A stretch of DNA of 64,000 nt from an uncultured bacterium (GTDB lineage Bacteria; Edwardsbacteria; AC1; EtOH8), in NCBI GenBank assembly GCA_937863685.1, contig CALMGM010000010.1, forward strand, positions 84,158-148,157, written 5' to 3'. A model generated the notes under the pieces. It had not been told where the DNA came from and made no database searches. It saw only the letters and a list, made by a program, of their open reading frames with translations. Positions 53,760 through 64,000 of the stretch are shown one piece after another. Position 1 is the stretch's first letter; the number at the start of each line of letters is the position of its first letter. The position numbers and the translations under genes are program-made.

Positions 53760-56225
53760 ATGACCATTGTTGACCGTCTATCGTTGATCCTGTTCGTCAA
53801 TGAAATATCCAAAGTTATGCGGATGATGAGCCGTTTTTCATATATATGCTGGCGGCAGCCCTTAAAAAGCTGGCCGCTGTTGTTGTTTATCGGGGCCCTG
53901 CTTCTGGGGCGCCATTCATCCGGACGGGCCCAGGTGCCGGAGACGGCAGCAGACCAGGGGCTGCAGGCCGGAGGCCTGGCATTGGAGCCCCAGTCCGTCA
54001 TGCCGAACGACAGCAGCCAAGCCGGTGCCGGCAAATCCTGGTACCTGCCGGGCGACGACAGCAGCCGGACCGCCATCAGGTACCGGGCCAACAGCATCCA
54101 ATACGACGTCGGGAACAGCCGGATCCAGCTTTCGGGAGATGCCCAGGTGCGCTACAAGGACATCAAGGTGACGGGCGATACCATCGAGTTCGACACCAAG
54201 AGGCAGACCCTGACGGTCCGGAAGGACCCGGTGCTGTACGACCGCAGCGATTCCATCTACGGCGACCGGATGGTGTATGACTTCCAGGCCCGGCGGGGCT
54301 GGATATACAACGGTCGGACCAAGTTCGACCGGGGGCGCTACTGGGGAAGGAAGATACGCCAGGTGGAGGAGCGCACCCTTAACGTGGATTACGGAAAATA
54401 CACCACCTGCGATGCCGATACGCCGCACTATTATTTCTGGTCCCGGCGGATGAAGATCTACCTGGACGACAAGATAGTGACCCAGCCGGTGGTGCTGTGC
54501 TTCAGCGATGTCCCGGTGCTGGCCATACCCTTCTGGTTCTTCCCCTTGAGGAGGGACCGGCACTCGGGCTTCATGGTGCCGCGCTTCGGGTCCAGCGCCT
54601 ATGAAGGGGTGTTTGCCAAGAACATCGCCTACTACCAGGTGATCAGCGATCAGGCTGATGCCACCGTGGCCGTGGACATGCTGGAGAAGGTGGGCTGGCG
54701 GGGCAATTTTGAGGCCCGCTACATTCGGCCGGGGAAAATTTCTTCCAATGTCAATTTCTCCTACCTGGAGGACAAGGCCCCGCTCCGCAAAAGATGGACC
54801 CTGAACGGCCTCTATCAGCACAACCTGGGAAAAAGGACCTCCATCTCCGGCAACGGAAATTTCGTCAGCGACAAGTCCTATAGCCGGGACTTCTCCGAAA
54901 CCCTGGAGGAAAGGCTGAATCGGAACCTTCATTCCTATTTTTCCTTCAACCACTCCTGGAGCCGGGCATCAATGCGAGCGGCACTGGACCATTACGACAA
55001 TCTGGACCTGCAGACAACATCCAGCCGGCTGCCGGAGATCTCTTTTAACCTGTACCAGAAGGAACTGATACCGGGAAGGCTCAACATATCCGGCAACAGC
55101 CTGGCCCTGGTGCAGAGGAACAGCGATTCCCTGAGAGTCAGCCTGCGGGAGGGCTGGGACAACCGGACCGAACTGGGCTCCAATATCAAACTTCTCCGGT
55201 GGATCAGCCTGAACCCGCGGGTGACCCTCAGGGGCACCTGGTTCGACCGGGACGTCAACGGCCAGCCCAATATATGGCGATGGCTCTACTACGGCGGCAT
55301 CTCGGCCGCCACCACCATGTACGGCATCCTGCCGCTGAAGGTAGGCCCCCTGCGGGGGTTCAGGCACGTGCTTCAGCCCAGCCTGTCCTATTCCTACGCC
55401 CCGGAAATCGAACAATCAAGGTTCGAGAACTTCGGCTCCATCGGAGGAATGTCCCGCCAGAGCTCGATGAGCCTGTCACTGAACAATACCTTTCAGACCA
55501 GATACAACAGGGGCAAGGAGATGGCCAAGGTGGACCTGGCCTCGGCCTCCATGAGTGCCAACTACAACTATCTGAATACCGACAAGAAATGGTCCGGCGT
55601 CAGCATCAATGCCAGCCTGCTTCCCGGCAACCGATATTTCGACTGCCGCCTGAACTCCTACTATGATCCCTACCTGCGGAGGGCGGACAACACCAGCCTG
55701 TACCTGGGCCTCAGATTATCCGGGACCTGGCTGGGCAAAAAAGAGATTCTACCCGATTCCATCGGGCGGGATACGTCCTCCGCCTTGTCTGCCGAAGATT
55801 CAGATCTTAGCTTGCCGGACTCCCTGCGGACAGCATCCGGAGATTCGTTAAAATCAGATTCTCTGATGACCGACAGCATCAACAGCCGGGAAGCCAAACC
55901 CCGGGCCAAAAACGGCCTGCCCTGGTCATTCAATCTGGGCTACGACCAGAGCTGGGGCCGGTATTACGACAACGCCAACCTGCAGGGATCGCTGGATTTC
56001 AACCTTACCAGGAACTGGAAGGTATCATACGGCAAGTATTACAACCTCAAGGCCGGCGAGATGGTCTCCGAGAGCTATTCGATCTACCGGGATCTGCACT
56101 GCTGGGAAGCCAGATTCAGCAGCTCTCGCAGCGGTATCTACTGGTCGTACGAATTCCGGGTGAACCTCAAGGCCATCCCGGAGCTTAAGGTTCACATCCC
56201 CCGGTCCGGCAGTTCGGGGTACTAG
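53760..56225 (+). CDS. lptD: LPS-assembly protein LptD (OstA N-terminal domain + large beta-barrel; real start may be ~53820)
   Basis: OstA-like jellyroll segment (…IQLSGDAQVRYKDIKVTGDTIEFDTKRQTLTV…), very long beta-rich C-terminal region rich in aromatic-ending strands. Confidence 0.7.
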   Translation: MTIVDRLSLILFVNEISKVMRMMSRFSYICWRQPLKSWPLLLFIGALLLGRHSSGRAQVPETAADQGLQAGGLALEPQSVMPNDSSQAGAGKSWYLPGDDSSRTAIRYRANSIQYDVGNSRIQLSGDAQVRYKDIKVTGDTIEFDTKRQTLTVRKDPVLYDRSDSIYGDRMVYDFQARRGWIYNGRTKFDRGRYWGRKIRQVEERTLNVDYGKYTTCDADTPHYYFWSRRMKIYLDDKIVTQPVVLCFSDVPVLAIPFWFFPLRRDRHSGFMVPRFGSSAYEGVFAKNIAYYQVISDQADATVAVDMLEKVGWRGNFEARYIRPGKISSNVNFSYLEDKAPLRKRWTLNGLYQHNLGKRTSISGNGNFVSDKSYSRDFSETLEERLNRNLHSYFSFNHSWSRASMRAALDHYDNLDLQTTSSRLPEISFNLYQKELIPGRLNISGNSLALVQRNSDSLRVSLREGWDNRTELGSNIKLLRWISLNPRVTLRGTWFDRDVNGQPNIWRWLYYGGISAATTMYGILPLKVGPLRGFRHVLQPSLSYSYAPEIEQSRFENFGSIGGMSRQSSMSLSLNNTFQTRYNRGKEMAKVDLASASMSANYNYLNTDKKWSGVSINASLLPGNRYFDCRLNSYYDPYLRRADNTSLYLGLRLSGTWLGKKEILPDSIGRDTSSALSAEDSDLSLPDSLRTASGDSLKSDSLMTDSINSREAKPRAKNGLPWSFNLGYDQSWGRYYDNANLQGSLDFNLTRNWKVSYGKYYNLKAGEMVSESYSIYRDLHCWEARFSSSRSGIYWSYEFRVNLKAIPELKVHIPRSGSSGY

Positions 56226-56281
56226 GGGAGTTGTGAGCCGCAGACAGGATTTTATGGCCCCTTGACCGCCGGCTGTTTATC

Positions 56282-56310
56282 TTGACGGTATAATTTTTAT
56301 CTGCTATAAT
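56282..56310 (+). promoter_or_regulatory. candidate promoter TTGACG-17-TATAAT for tRNA-Leu
   Basis: Hexamers read directly ~25 nt upstream of the tRNA 5' end. Confidence 0.4.
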
Positions 56311-56334
56311 TACTTTTTGGGGCAAAAACAACCA

Positions 56335-56419
56335 GCGAGGGTGGCGGAACTGGCAGACGCGCCAGACTTAGGATCTGGTGCCGCAAGGCGTGGGGGTTCG
56401 ACTCCCCCCCTTCGCACCA
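56335..56419 (+). tRNA. tRNA-Leu (anticodon TAG), CCA encoded
   Basis: GCGAGGG…CCTTCGCACCA acceptor pairing, anticodon stem CCAGA/TCTGG with loop CTTAGGA, long variable arm, GGTTCGACTCC T-arm. Confidence 0.85.
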
Positions 56420-56544
56420 AGTATTGATGCAGTTCTCCCGGGCCATCGTTTTTAAAGGTTCAAGAGGTCTAAAACGGAGTTCCAGCATCAACAATACGGC
56501 AGATGGATAAACAATAATCAAATATACAACCGCAAGGAGCCAAG

Positions 56545-57858
56545 TTGAAAGTCGAGATCAAAGAACCAAAATCCTGGCAGAGGATATTCGAGATAGAAGT
56601 GCCCAGCCAGCAGCTGCACGAAGCCATCGAGGACCTGTACCAGGAATACGGCAGAAAGGCCAAGATACCGGGCTTCCGCCCCGGCAAGGTGCCCCGGACG
56701 GTGCTGGAGGCCAGGTTCGGCAAGGGCATCGAGGCCGAGGCCATCGAGCGGCTGGTGCCGGAATCATACGAAAAGGCGCTGCTGGAGCACAACCTGGTGC
56801 CGGTCAACCGGGCGGTGATATCGGACATGGACATCACCGGCGAGAAAATCCTGAAATTCAAGGCCAGCTTCGAGATCCTGCCGGCCGTGTCCCTGAAGCG
56901 CTACAAGGGACTGCCGGCGGTCAAACGATACCGGGAGGTCACCGATCAGGACGTCGCCCGGGAGATCGAGTTCCTGCAGAACATCTACGCCGAATACAAC
57001 ACCGTGGACAGGGCTTCGGCCCTGGGCGACCGGGTGATAATCGATTTCAAGCCTGTCTCCGGAGTGGATGATCCCGATAAATCCAAGGGTGAAAATTACA
57101 CCATCGATCTGGGAGCGGCCCAGGTGCTGCCGGAGTTCAATGACAATCTGACCGGCGTCAGGGCCGGCGACGTCAAAGAGATATCCGTCCAATATAAAGC
57201 CGACTATCAGGCCCAGGAACTGGCCGGCAAAACCGTGGTCTTCCAGGTGACGATCAAGGAGATCAAAGAGAAGAAACAGCCGGAGCTCAACGACGATTTT
57301 GCCAAGAAGGTCAGCGAGTACCAGACCCTGGCCGAGCTCCGGGAAAAGATAAAATCCGGCATGACGGCCCGGGCCGAGGCCGAGGCCATGGAAGGGGTGC
57401 GGATCCAGGCGGTCAACGCCCTGATAGAGGAGAACCCGGTGGAGCTTCCGGAATCGCTGGTAAAGGAGCAGACCGAAAGCCTGGTGGCCGAAGCCAAGGA
57501 AAGGCATCTGCGCCAGCACAACCATCCCGATAAAAAGGACTGCCCGGACTGCGGCTGGGACCAGGAGAAGATGATGGTTCAGTACCGGCCGGCGGCCGAA
57601 TGGAAGATAAAAGAGGACCTGTTCCTGGCCCAGGTGGTCAAGGCCGAGAATATCCAGGCCGAGCCGAACGAGATCGACGAGGCCATCGAGGACTGGGCCC
57701 GGCATAACCGCACCGACCCGGCCGAGATCCGAAAGGTTCTGCAGAAGAACCCGGAGCGGATGGACGACCTCAAGGACCGCCTGGCCGCCAACAAGGCCGG
57801 CCAGATGCTGGCCCAGTGGGCCGAGGTCAAGCTGGAGAAGGCCGCGGATAAGAAATAA
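56545..57858 (+). CDS. tig: trigger factor (ribosome-associated chaperone/PPIase)
   Basis: N-terminal ribosome-binding region incl. GFRPGKVP motif, central FKBP-like domain, C-terminal arm; TTG start with AAGGAG RBS. Confidence 0.9.
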   Translation: MKVEIKEPKSWQRIFEIEVPSQQLHEAIEDLYQEYGRKAKIPGFRPGKVPRTVLEARFGKGIEAEAIERLVPESYEKALLEHNLVPVNRAVISDMDITGEKILKFKASFEILPAVSLKRYKGLPAVKRYREVTDQDVAREIEFLQNIYAEYNTVDRASALGDRVIIDFKPVSGVDDPDKSKGENYTIDLGAAQVLPEFNDNLTGVRAGDVKEISVQYKADYQAQELAGKTVVFQVTIKEIKEKKQPELNDDFAKKVSEYQTLAELREKIKSGMTARAEAEAMEGVRIQAVNALIEENPVELPESLVKEQTESLVAEAKERHLRQHNHPDKKDCPDCGWDQEKMMVQYRPAAEWKIKEDLFLAQVVKAENIQAEPNEIDEAIEDWARHNRTDPAEIRKVLQKNPERMDDLKDRLAANKAGQMLAQWAEVKLEKAADKK

Positions 57859-57886
57859 TCAAACAGCCAATTTAAACGGGAGTTGA

Positions 57887-59299
57887 ATGATGCCCAGTGA
57901 CATAAGCAAACTGATGCTGGAGAATAAAAGCGCCTGGGAACTGGCCGACGCCAAACTGCGGGAGAGATATTTCGGCTTTGCCGGGGACTACTCCGGTTTT
58001 CTGGATGACAGCCGCACCGAGAGGCTGGCGGTGGATCGCCTGAAAGAGCTGGCCGAGAAGCAGGGCTTCCTGCCGCTGGAGAAGGTCAAGGCCTGGAAGG
58101 CCGGGCAGAAGGTCTATGCCGTCAACCGGGGCAAGAACATCTTTCTGGCGGTGCTGGGACAGGACCCGCTGGAGAACGGCGCCAGCCTGGTGGCCTCCCA
58201 CCTGGACGTGCCCCGGCTGGACCTCAAGCAGAGGCCGCTGTACCAGGATGATGAGCTGAACCAGGCCCTGCTGCGCACCCATTATTACGGCGGGGTAAAG
58301 AAGTACCAGTGGGTGAACATCCCCCTGGGACTGTACGGCAAGGTGGTGCTGAGAAGCGGCAAAGAAGTGGACCTGGCCATCGGCCAGAGCGACGACGATC
58401 CCTGCTTTGTGATCACCGACGTCCTGCCCCATCTCAACAAGAAGGACCAGGCCGACCGCAAGTCCGGCGAGACCATCAAAGGCGAGGAGATGGTGGTGCT
58501 GTGCGGCGGCATCCCGGTGGACGACGCCGAGGCCAAGAGCCGGGTCAAACTGGCGGTGCTGGAGCACCTGAACAAGAAGTACGGCATGGACGAGGAGGAC
58601 CTGATCAGCTCCGAGATCGAGGTGGTGCCGCTGATCAAATCCCGTTTCATCGGGTTTGACAGAAGCTTTCTGGGCGGCTACGGCCACGACGACCGGATAT
58701 GCAGCTATACCTCGGCCCGGGCCATCTTCGACGTCAAGCAGCCCAAGAGGACCGCGGTGGCGGCCTGCGTGGACAAGGAGGAGATCGGCTCCGAGGGGAA
58801 CACCGGGATGCAGGCCATGTTTCTGTGGAATTTTCTGGGCGACCTGATGGCCCTGAGCAGACCGGATTATTCCGAGGCGGCGCTGCGGAGGTGTCTTTCC
58901 CACACCAGGGTGCTCTCGGCCGACACCAATGCCGCGGTGGAGCCCAATTTCAAAGGGGTGCACGAGATGTCCAACGCCGGGCGGGCGGGCTACGGGATCA
59001 TGATGGTCAAATACACCGGGCATGCAGGAAAGAGCGGGGCCAGCGACGCCAACGCCGAGTTTGTGGGGCGGGTGAGAAAGATATTCAACGACAACAACAT
59101 CCCCTGGCAATGCGGGGCCATGGGCAAAGTGGACGAGGGCGGCGGCGGCACGGTGGCCAAGTACCTGGCCAAACTGGGGATGGAGGTGCTGGACTGCGGC
59201 CCGGCGGTGATGTCCCTGCATTCGCCTTTCGAGGTGGTCTCGGTGGCCGATGTCTACGTCAGTTACCAGGGCTATCTGGCCTTCTTCCAGGCGGAATGA
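57887..59299 (+). CDS. M18-family aminopeptidase
   Basis: Full-length collinear similarity to M18 aminopeptidases (…ASHLDVPRLDLK…, …VDKEEIGSEGNTG…, …MSLHSPFEVVS…). Confidence 0.8.
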   Translation: MMPSDISKLMLENKSAWELADAKLRERYFGFAGDYSGFLDDSRTERLAVDRLKELAEKQGFLPLEKVKAWKAGQKVYAVNRGKNIFLAVLGQDPLENGASLVASHLDVPRLDLKQRPLYQDDELNQALLRTHYYGGVKKYQWVNIPLGLYGKVVLRSGKEVDLAIGQSDDDPCFVITDVLPHLNKKDQADRKSGETIKGEEMVVLCGGIPVDDAEAKSRVKLAVLEHLNKKYGMDEEDLISSEIEVVPLIKSRFIGFDRSFLGGYGHDDRICSYTSARAIFDVKQPKRTAVAACVDKEEIGSEGNTGMQAMFLWNFLGDLMALSRPDYSEAALRRCLSHTRVLSADTNAAVEPNFKGVHEMSNAGRAGYGIMMVKYTGHAGKSGASDANAEFVGRVRKIFNDNNIPWQCGAMGKVDEGGGGTVAKYLAKLGMEVLDCGPAVMSLHSPFEVVSVADVYVSYQGYLAFFQAE

Positions 59300-59371
59300 C
59301 GGCTGGCAATTTTTAAACAAATACAGGCTCAACCTTAAAACATCAGGAATAAAGCAGGGAGATCTACGGAT

Positions 59372-61186
59372 ATGATAATGAAGGCTATGCGCAGCCAGAT
59401 GAAGCTGATCATGTGGATTGTGGCCGTTGCCATGGTGGTGGGCTTCGGGTTCATCATCACCGGAACCGGGGGCAACCTAGGCAAGAGCCAGAGCAAACTG
59501 GCCCAGGGCATCGCGGGCGAGGTCAACGGGCAGTCCATCAGCCTGCGGCAATACCAGGAAGTGTATCGCCAAAACATGCGGAACTACCGCCAGCAATCAG
59601 GCGGCGAGCCCGACGAGGCCACCGGCAAGCAGATAGAGAACGAGACCTGGCAGTCCATGGTGGAGGAGATGCTGCTGCAGCAGGCCTACCGCAAGCTGGG
59701 GATAAAAATCCACGACGAAGAGGTCATCAGCATCATCAGGAACAGCCCGCCCCAGGAGCTCCGTACCAATGAGAATCTTATGACCAACGGGGTTTTCGAC
59801 ATCCAGAAATATCATGCATTCATCAGCCATCCCCAGAGCATGCCCTGGCTGCTGGATTACGAGAACCAGATCAAAAAACAACTGCCCCTGCAGAAACTGA
59901 GGCTGCAGCTGGTGTCCGGCATCAGGATCACCGACCAGGAACTTAAAGAGGCCTTCATCGACAAATTCGACAAGGTCAGGGTCAGCTATATCGCCATTCC
60001 GCTGGGGGCGTTTTACAACCCCAACCAGGAGATATCCCAGGATCAGGTGGCCGAATATTATAAAGCCCATCAGGCAGAATATGATGCTCCCGAGAGAGTG
60101 AACCTGGAATTTGTAGCCTTTTCCCAAAGCCCCACCGAAAAGGACCTTCAGGCCATCAAGGACCGGATAGAGGAGATCTATCTGGAGGTCAAAGCACCGG
60201 GGGCCGATTTTGCCGAGCTGGCCATGACCTATTCCGAAGACCCCGGTTCGGCCGAGAAAGGCGGGGACCTGGGTTTCTTCGGCCGGGGGCAGATGATACC
60301 CGAGTTCGAGAAGCTGGCTTTTGAAATGGCGCCGGGCAAGGTCTCCCAGCCCTTCCAGACCCAGTTCGGCTGGCATATAATGAAGGTGGAAGAAAAGAAG
60401 ACCGAAAAGGGCCAGCCGATGGTCCGGGCCAGGCATATCCTGCTGCGCACCAAGGCCGGCGAGGAAACCCTGTCCGACCTGCGCATCAAATCAGACATCT
60501 TCAGCGATGCGGTAAAAGAAAAGGGTTTTGAGAAAGCGGCCGCCGAGCAGGGGCTGGAGATCGTCAAGACCGGCTTCTTCCCACGGGGCTCATATGTGCC
60601 CCGGCTGGGCTCCATGCCGGAACTGGTGAACTTTGCCTTTGACGAGGGCCAGGGCAAGGTCAGCCCGGTGCTGGACAACGGCCAGAGCTACGTGGTGGCC
60701 AGGATCCTGGAGCACCGAAAGAAGGGCGTTCAGCCGCTGGCCGACGTGGAGCAGCTGATAAGGTCCAAGATCTACATGGAACGGGCCAGGGCCGAGGCTC
60801 AGGCCATGGCCCAGACCCTGCGGTCCCAGATCGCCGATCCCAGGGATATGGAAAAGATGGCCAAGGCCGCCAATGCCAAACTGGAGACCACCGGGGAGTT
60901 CAGCCGGGCCGACTTTGTGCCCAACGTGGGGAATCAGAACGAGTTCTTCGCCGCGGCCTTCGGGATGGCTCCGGGGACGGTATCGGGTCCGGTGGCCACC
61001 GACCAGGCGGTCTATATCATCCGGGTGGACAGCCACAATCCCATCAACCAGGAGCTGTTCAACCAGGAGGCCGGGAAACTGGAGCAGGAGTTGGTTCAGA
61101 AGAAACAGAATGAGGCCATTCAGAACTGGTACCAGAGCCTGCAGAAGAACGCCCAGATCAGGGATTACCGGGTGGCCGGGATGTGA
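59372..61186 (+). CDS. ppiD: periplasmic chaperone/peptidyl-prolyl isomerase PpiD-like (N-terminal TM anchor, SurA-like and parvulin domains)
   Basis: N-terminal TM (LIMWIVAVAMVVGFGFI), parvulin signature (GGDLGFFGRGQMIPEFE…QTQFGWHI). Confidence 0.7.
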   Translation: MIMKAMRSQMKLIMWIVAVAMVVGFGFIITGTGGNLGKSQSKLAQGIAGEVNGQSISLRQYQEVYRQNMRNYRQQSGGEPDEATGKQIENETWQSMVEEMLLQQAYRKLGIKIHDEEVISIIRNSPPQELRTNENLMTNGVFDIQKYHAFISHPQSMPWLLDYENQIKKQLPLQKLRLQLVSGIRITDQELKEAFIDKFDKVRVSYIAIPLGAFYNPNQEISQDQVAEYYKAHQAEYDAPERVNLEFVAFSQSPTEKDLQAIKDRIEEIYLEVKAPGADFAELAMTYSEDPGSAEKGGDLGFFGRGQMIPEFEKLAFEMAPGKVSQPFQTQFGWHIMKVEEKKTEKGQPMVRARHILLRTKAGEETLSDLRIKSDIFSDAVKEKGFEKAAAEQGLEIVKTGFFPRGSYVPRLGSMPELVNFAFDEGQGKVSPVLDNGQSYVVARILEHRKKGVQPLADVEQLIRSKIYMERARAEAQAMAQTLRSQIADPRDMEKMAKAANAKLETTGEFSRADFVPNVGNQNEFFAAAFGMAPGTVSGPVATDQAVYIIRVDSHNPINQELFNQEAGKLEQELVQKKQNEAIQNWYQSLQKNAQIRDYRVAGM

Positions 61187-61220
61187 AATAGTTATCAGTT
61201 GACAGTTATTAGATAATAGT

Positions 61221-61257
61221 GAAGCCGGAGTCTTAAGACTCCGGCTCTTTGCATTTT
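61221..61257 (+). terminator. terminator after ppiD
   Basis: AGCCGGAGTCttaaGACTCCGGCT then CTTTGCATTTT. Confidence 0.55.
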
Positions 61258-61325
61258 AGTTCATAAAAAAGCTTGATGATGGTTGTCGTTTTGTAATACT
61301 CTTATAAGGGCATAAGTTTAATAAC

Positions 61326-61367
61326 GTCATTGCGAGGGGGCACCGAAGATCGACGAATGAAGCAATC
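61326..61367. repeat. single copy of the GTCATTGCGAG-N20-GAATGAAGCAATC element
   Basis: Matches the core of the tandem repeat units at 13948-14210. Confidence 0.55.
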
Positions 61368-61421
61368 TATTGTTGTCAAACACCGATAGGAATGAAAACA
61401 GGTAATAGTCGTAGCTTTTCC

Positions 61422-61463
61422 TTACTTTCTCTTGTGACCAAGAGAAAGTAACAAAGAGAAGTC
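61422..61463. repeat. conserved hairpin element TTACTTTCTCTTGTGACCAAGAGAAAGTAACAAAGAGAAGTC (copy 2)
   Basis: Same element as 21702-21738 with a 2-nt longer stem. Confidence 0.6.
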
Positions 61464-61725
61464 CTGGGGGCGGTTGAGCTAACGGTTATTAATGGTAGAA
61501 TGCAAACAAGTTTTAAGCCCGACCGTTTTTTTAATATTTTATTCATTGCCCAATGCCGCCAACCGCCCCCATACCAGATCTATTATTTCGTATCGAACGA
61601 AATAATAGACAAGGGTTTATTTACCCAGTGTTTTGGCCATAGCGTAGGAGTGGGTTCTAAACCTGTTGCCCCTCCTTGGTAAGATTGGGTATTATTTCAA
61701 TAGAATTATAAAACAAAGGAGCAAA

Positions 61726-61938
61726 ATGAGTAAAGTATTAAGAATATTATTTATTGGAATAATGTCAATATGTATAATATCAGCAGTCTATATGTTAATA
61801 GCGGTGTTCGCAACTGGGAAATGGTCTATATACATGATGTACATTTATTTTATCAGTGATGTTTTATCAATAATATCAATCTTAATTTATATAATATCAA
61901 ACGAATATAAAAGCAAGCAAAATAAGATTATGGATTAA
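61726..61938 (+). CDS. hypothetical small two-TM membrane protein (very AT-rich; ORF opens at 61666)
   Basis: ACAAAGGAG RBS before ATG; 70 aa with two hydrophobic helices (ILFIGIMSICIISAVYMLIAVFA; YFISDVLSIISILIYII); lies next to two tRNA genes. Confidence 0.35.
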   Translation: MSKVLRILFIGIMSICIISAVYMLIAVFATGKWSIYMMYIYFISDVLSIISILIYIISNEYKSKQNKIMD

Positions 61939-62065
61939 ATTTAAGATTTGCCAGTAAATCAACTATAATTTAATCGATGTTTTGTCCCGGCGTTTCGCCA
62001 TACGCATGTTGCGACTACGGCCCGAAATAAAAAAAGCCAGACATATGTCTGGCTTTGGTATTTTC

Positions 62066-62142
62066 TGGTAGCGGCTCAGGGACTTGAACCCCGGACACGC
62101 GGATTATGATTCCGCTGCTCTAACCAGCTGAGCTAAGCCGCC
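62066..62142 (-). tRNA. tRNA with CAT anticodon (elongator Met, or Ile2/lysidine type)
   Basis: RC reads GGCGGCTTAGCTCAGCTGGTTAGAGCAGCGGAATCATAATCCGCG…GGTTCAAGTCC…GCCGCTACCA; 77 nt, cloverleaf-consistent. Confidence 0.8.
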
Positions 62143-62213
62143 ATAATTGGGACATTTAAAAACCCCAGTAAAGTTTCGTGGGCCTGCAAACTCATTACTA
62201 GGGCCTGTATTTA

Positions 62214-62290
62214 TGGTAGCGGGGGGAGGATTTGAACCTCCGACCTTTGGGTTATGGGCCCAACGAGCTACCAGGCTGCTCCACCCCGCG
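62214..62290 (-). tRNA. initiator tRNA-fMet (CAT)
   Basis: RC reads CGCGGGGTGGAGCAGCCTGGTAGCTCGTTGGGCCCATAACCCAAAGGTCGGAGGTTCAAATCCTCCCCCCGCTACCA: three G-C pairs in the anticodon stem and C1xA72-type end typical of initiators. Confidence 0.85.
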
Positions 62291-62339
62291 TCGTTTATTA
62301 AAATCAACTATGCAATGATACCAAAGAACCGGCCTAAAG

Positions 62340-62666
62340 TCAAGGTCTTTTCTTGAGCGAATCGGCCGGATAAAAGCGATACGAGGTCTCCCCGGGCCTG
62401 GTCATTCCCAGTTTCTCCCGGGCCTGGGATTCCAGATAAAAGCTGTCGGATCTCAAGCGCTTGATCTCCCGGCACAGGATCTCGCTGTGGGCCAGATTGG
62501 ACAGCATCTCCTTTTTTATCCGCTTCTGCTGGCGGCCGACCCGGAGCATGGTTATCCAGCCGTAGCGTCCCATTCCGAACAGCAGGATCACGATCACGAA
62601 TGAGGATATCACCAGCGCCAGGACGGCCTTGGTGGAGCTGCTGCTATGTGCGCCGGAACGGGGCAT
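62340..62666 (-). CDS. ftsB: cell-division protein FtsB/DivIC (septum formation initiator)
   Basis: N-terminal TM anchor, coiled coil, C-terminal …LESQAREKLGMTRPGE motif; immediately downstream of eno. Confidence 0.7.
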   Translation of the reverse strand: MPRSGAHSSSSTKAVLALVISSFVIVILLFGMGRYGWITMLRVGRQQKRIKKEMLSNLAHSEILCREIKRLRSDSFYLESQAREKLGMTRPGETSYRFYPADSLKKRP

Positions 62667-62669
62667 ATC

Positions 62670-63971
<1,302 letters not shown>

Positions 63972-64000
63972 TTAGAGGCTTCTGCAAAAGTGTTTCCATT

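Noticed and set aside
56297-56521. 74-codon minus-strand ORF
   Set aside because: It overlaps the tRNA-Leu gene and its promoter and has no coding features.
61500-61682. 60-codon plus-strand ORF in the AT-rich stretch
   Set aside because: It has no RBS, an odd composition (…CRQPPPYQIYY…), and overlaps a repeat-derived spacer. The downstream 61726-61938 ORF has much better start context.

Overview
This is a high-GC chromosomal segment (about 60% G+C or more by eye, not computed) from a diderm bacterium; BamA, Skp, LpxD, LspA and LptD are all present. It is probably an uncultured lineage, and a T9SS-type C-terminal sorting domain hints at an FCB-like affiliation, but the phylum cannot be assigned from sequence alone. 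The backbone is housekeeping: dapA (3' end)-queH, nikR plus a Ni/Co ECF transporter operon, queA-tgt, a TPR gene overlapping copA, a MATE exporter, mfd, mcsA-mcsB-clpC, bamA-skp-lpxD, tnaA, PBP1A, yggS-yggT-divIVA-punA-pfkB, ileS-dksA-like-lspA-lptD, tRNA-Leu, tig, an M18 aminopeptidase, ppiD, tRNA-Met(CAT)+tRNA-fMet, and ftsB-eno. Interspersed are sharply AT-rich islands with a different codon style, encoding secreted, outer-membrane or small membrane proteins, at roughly 15.5-17.3 kb, 19.1-21.5 kb, 38.5-38.9 kb, 48.6-49.5 kb and 61.5-61.9 kb. There is also a minus-strand accessory block at 35.5-40.8 kb: ICMT-type methyltransferase, polytopic membrane protein, MBL hydrolase, YkgJ Cys-cluster protein, then a GNAT gene sitting between duplicated esterase 3' ends, followed by DUF2087-like and GIY-YIG genes. 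Several repeat families occur: GC-rich nested hairpins, a 2.5-copy tandem repeat of about 110 bp, and a conserved hairpin element of about 40 nt. No CRISPR array, integrase or transposase was recognised. Many long ORFs on alternative frames and strands of the high-GC genes are GC-composition artefacts and were not called.
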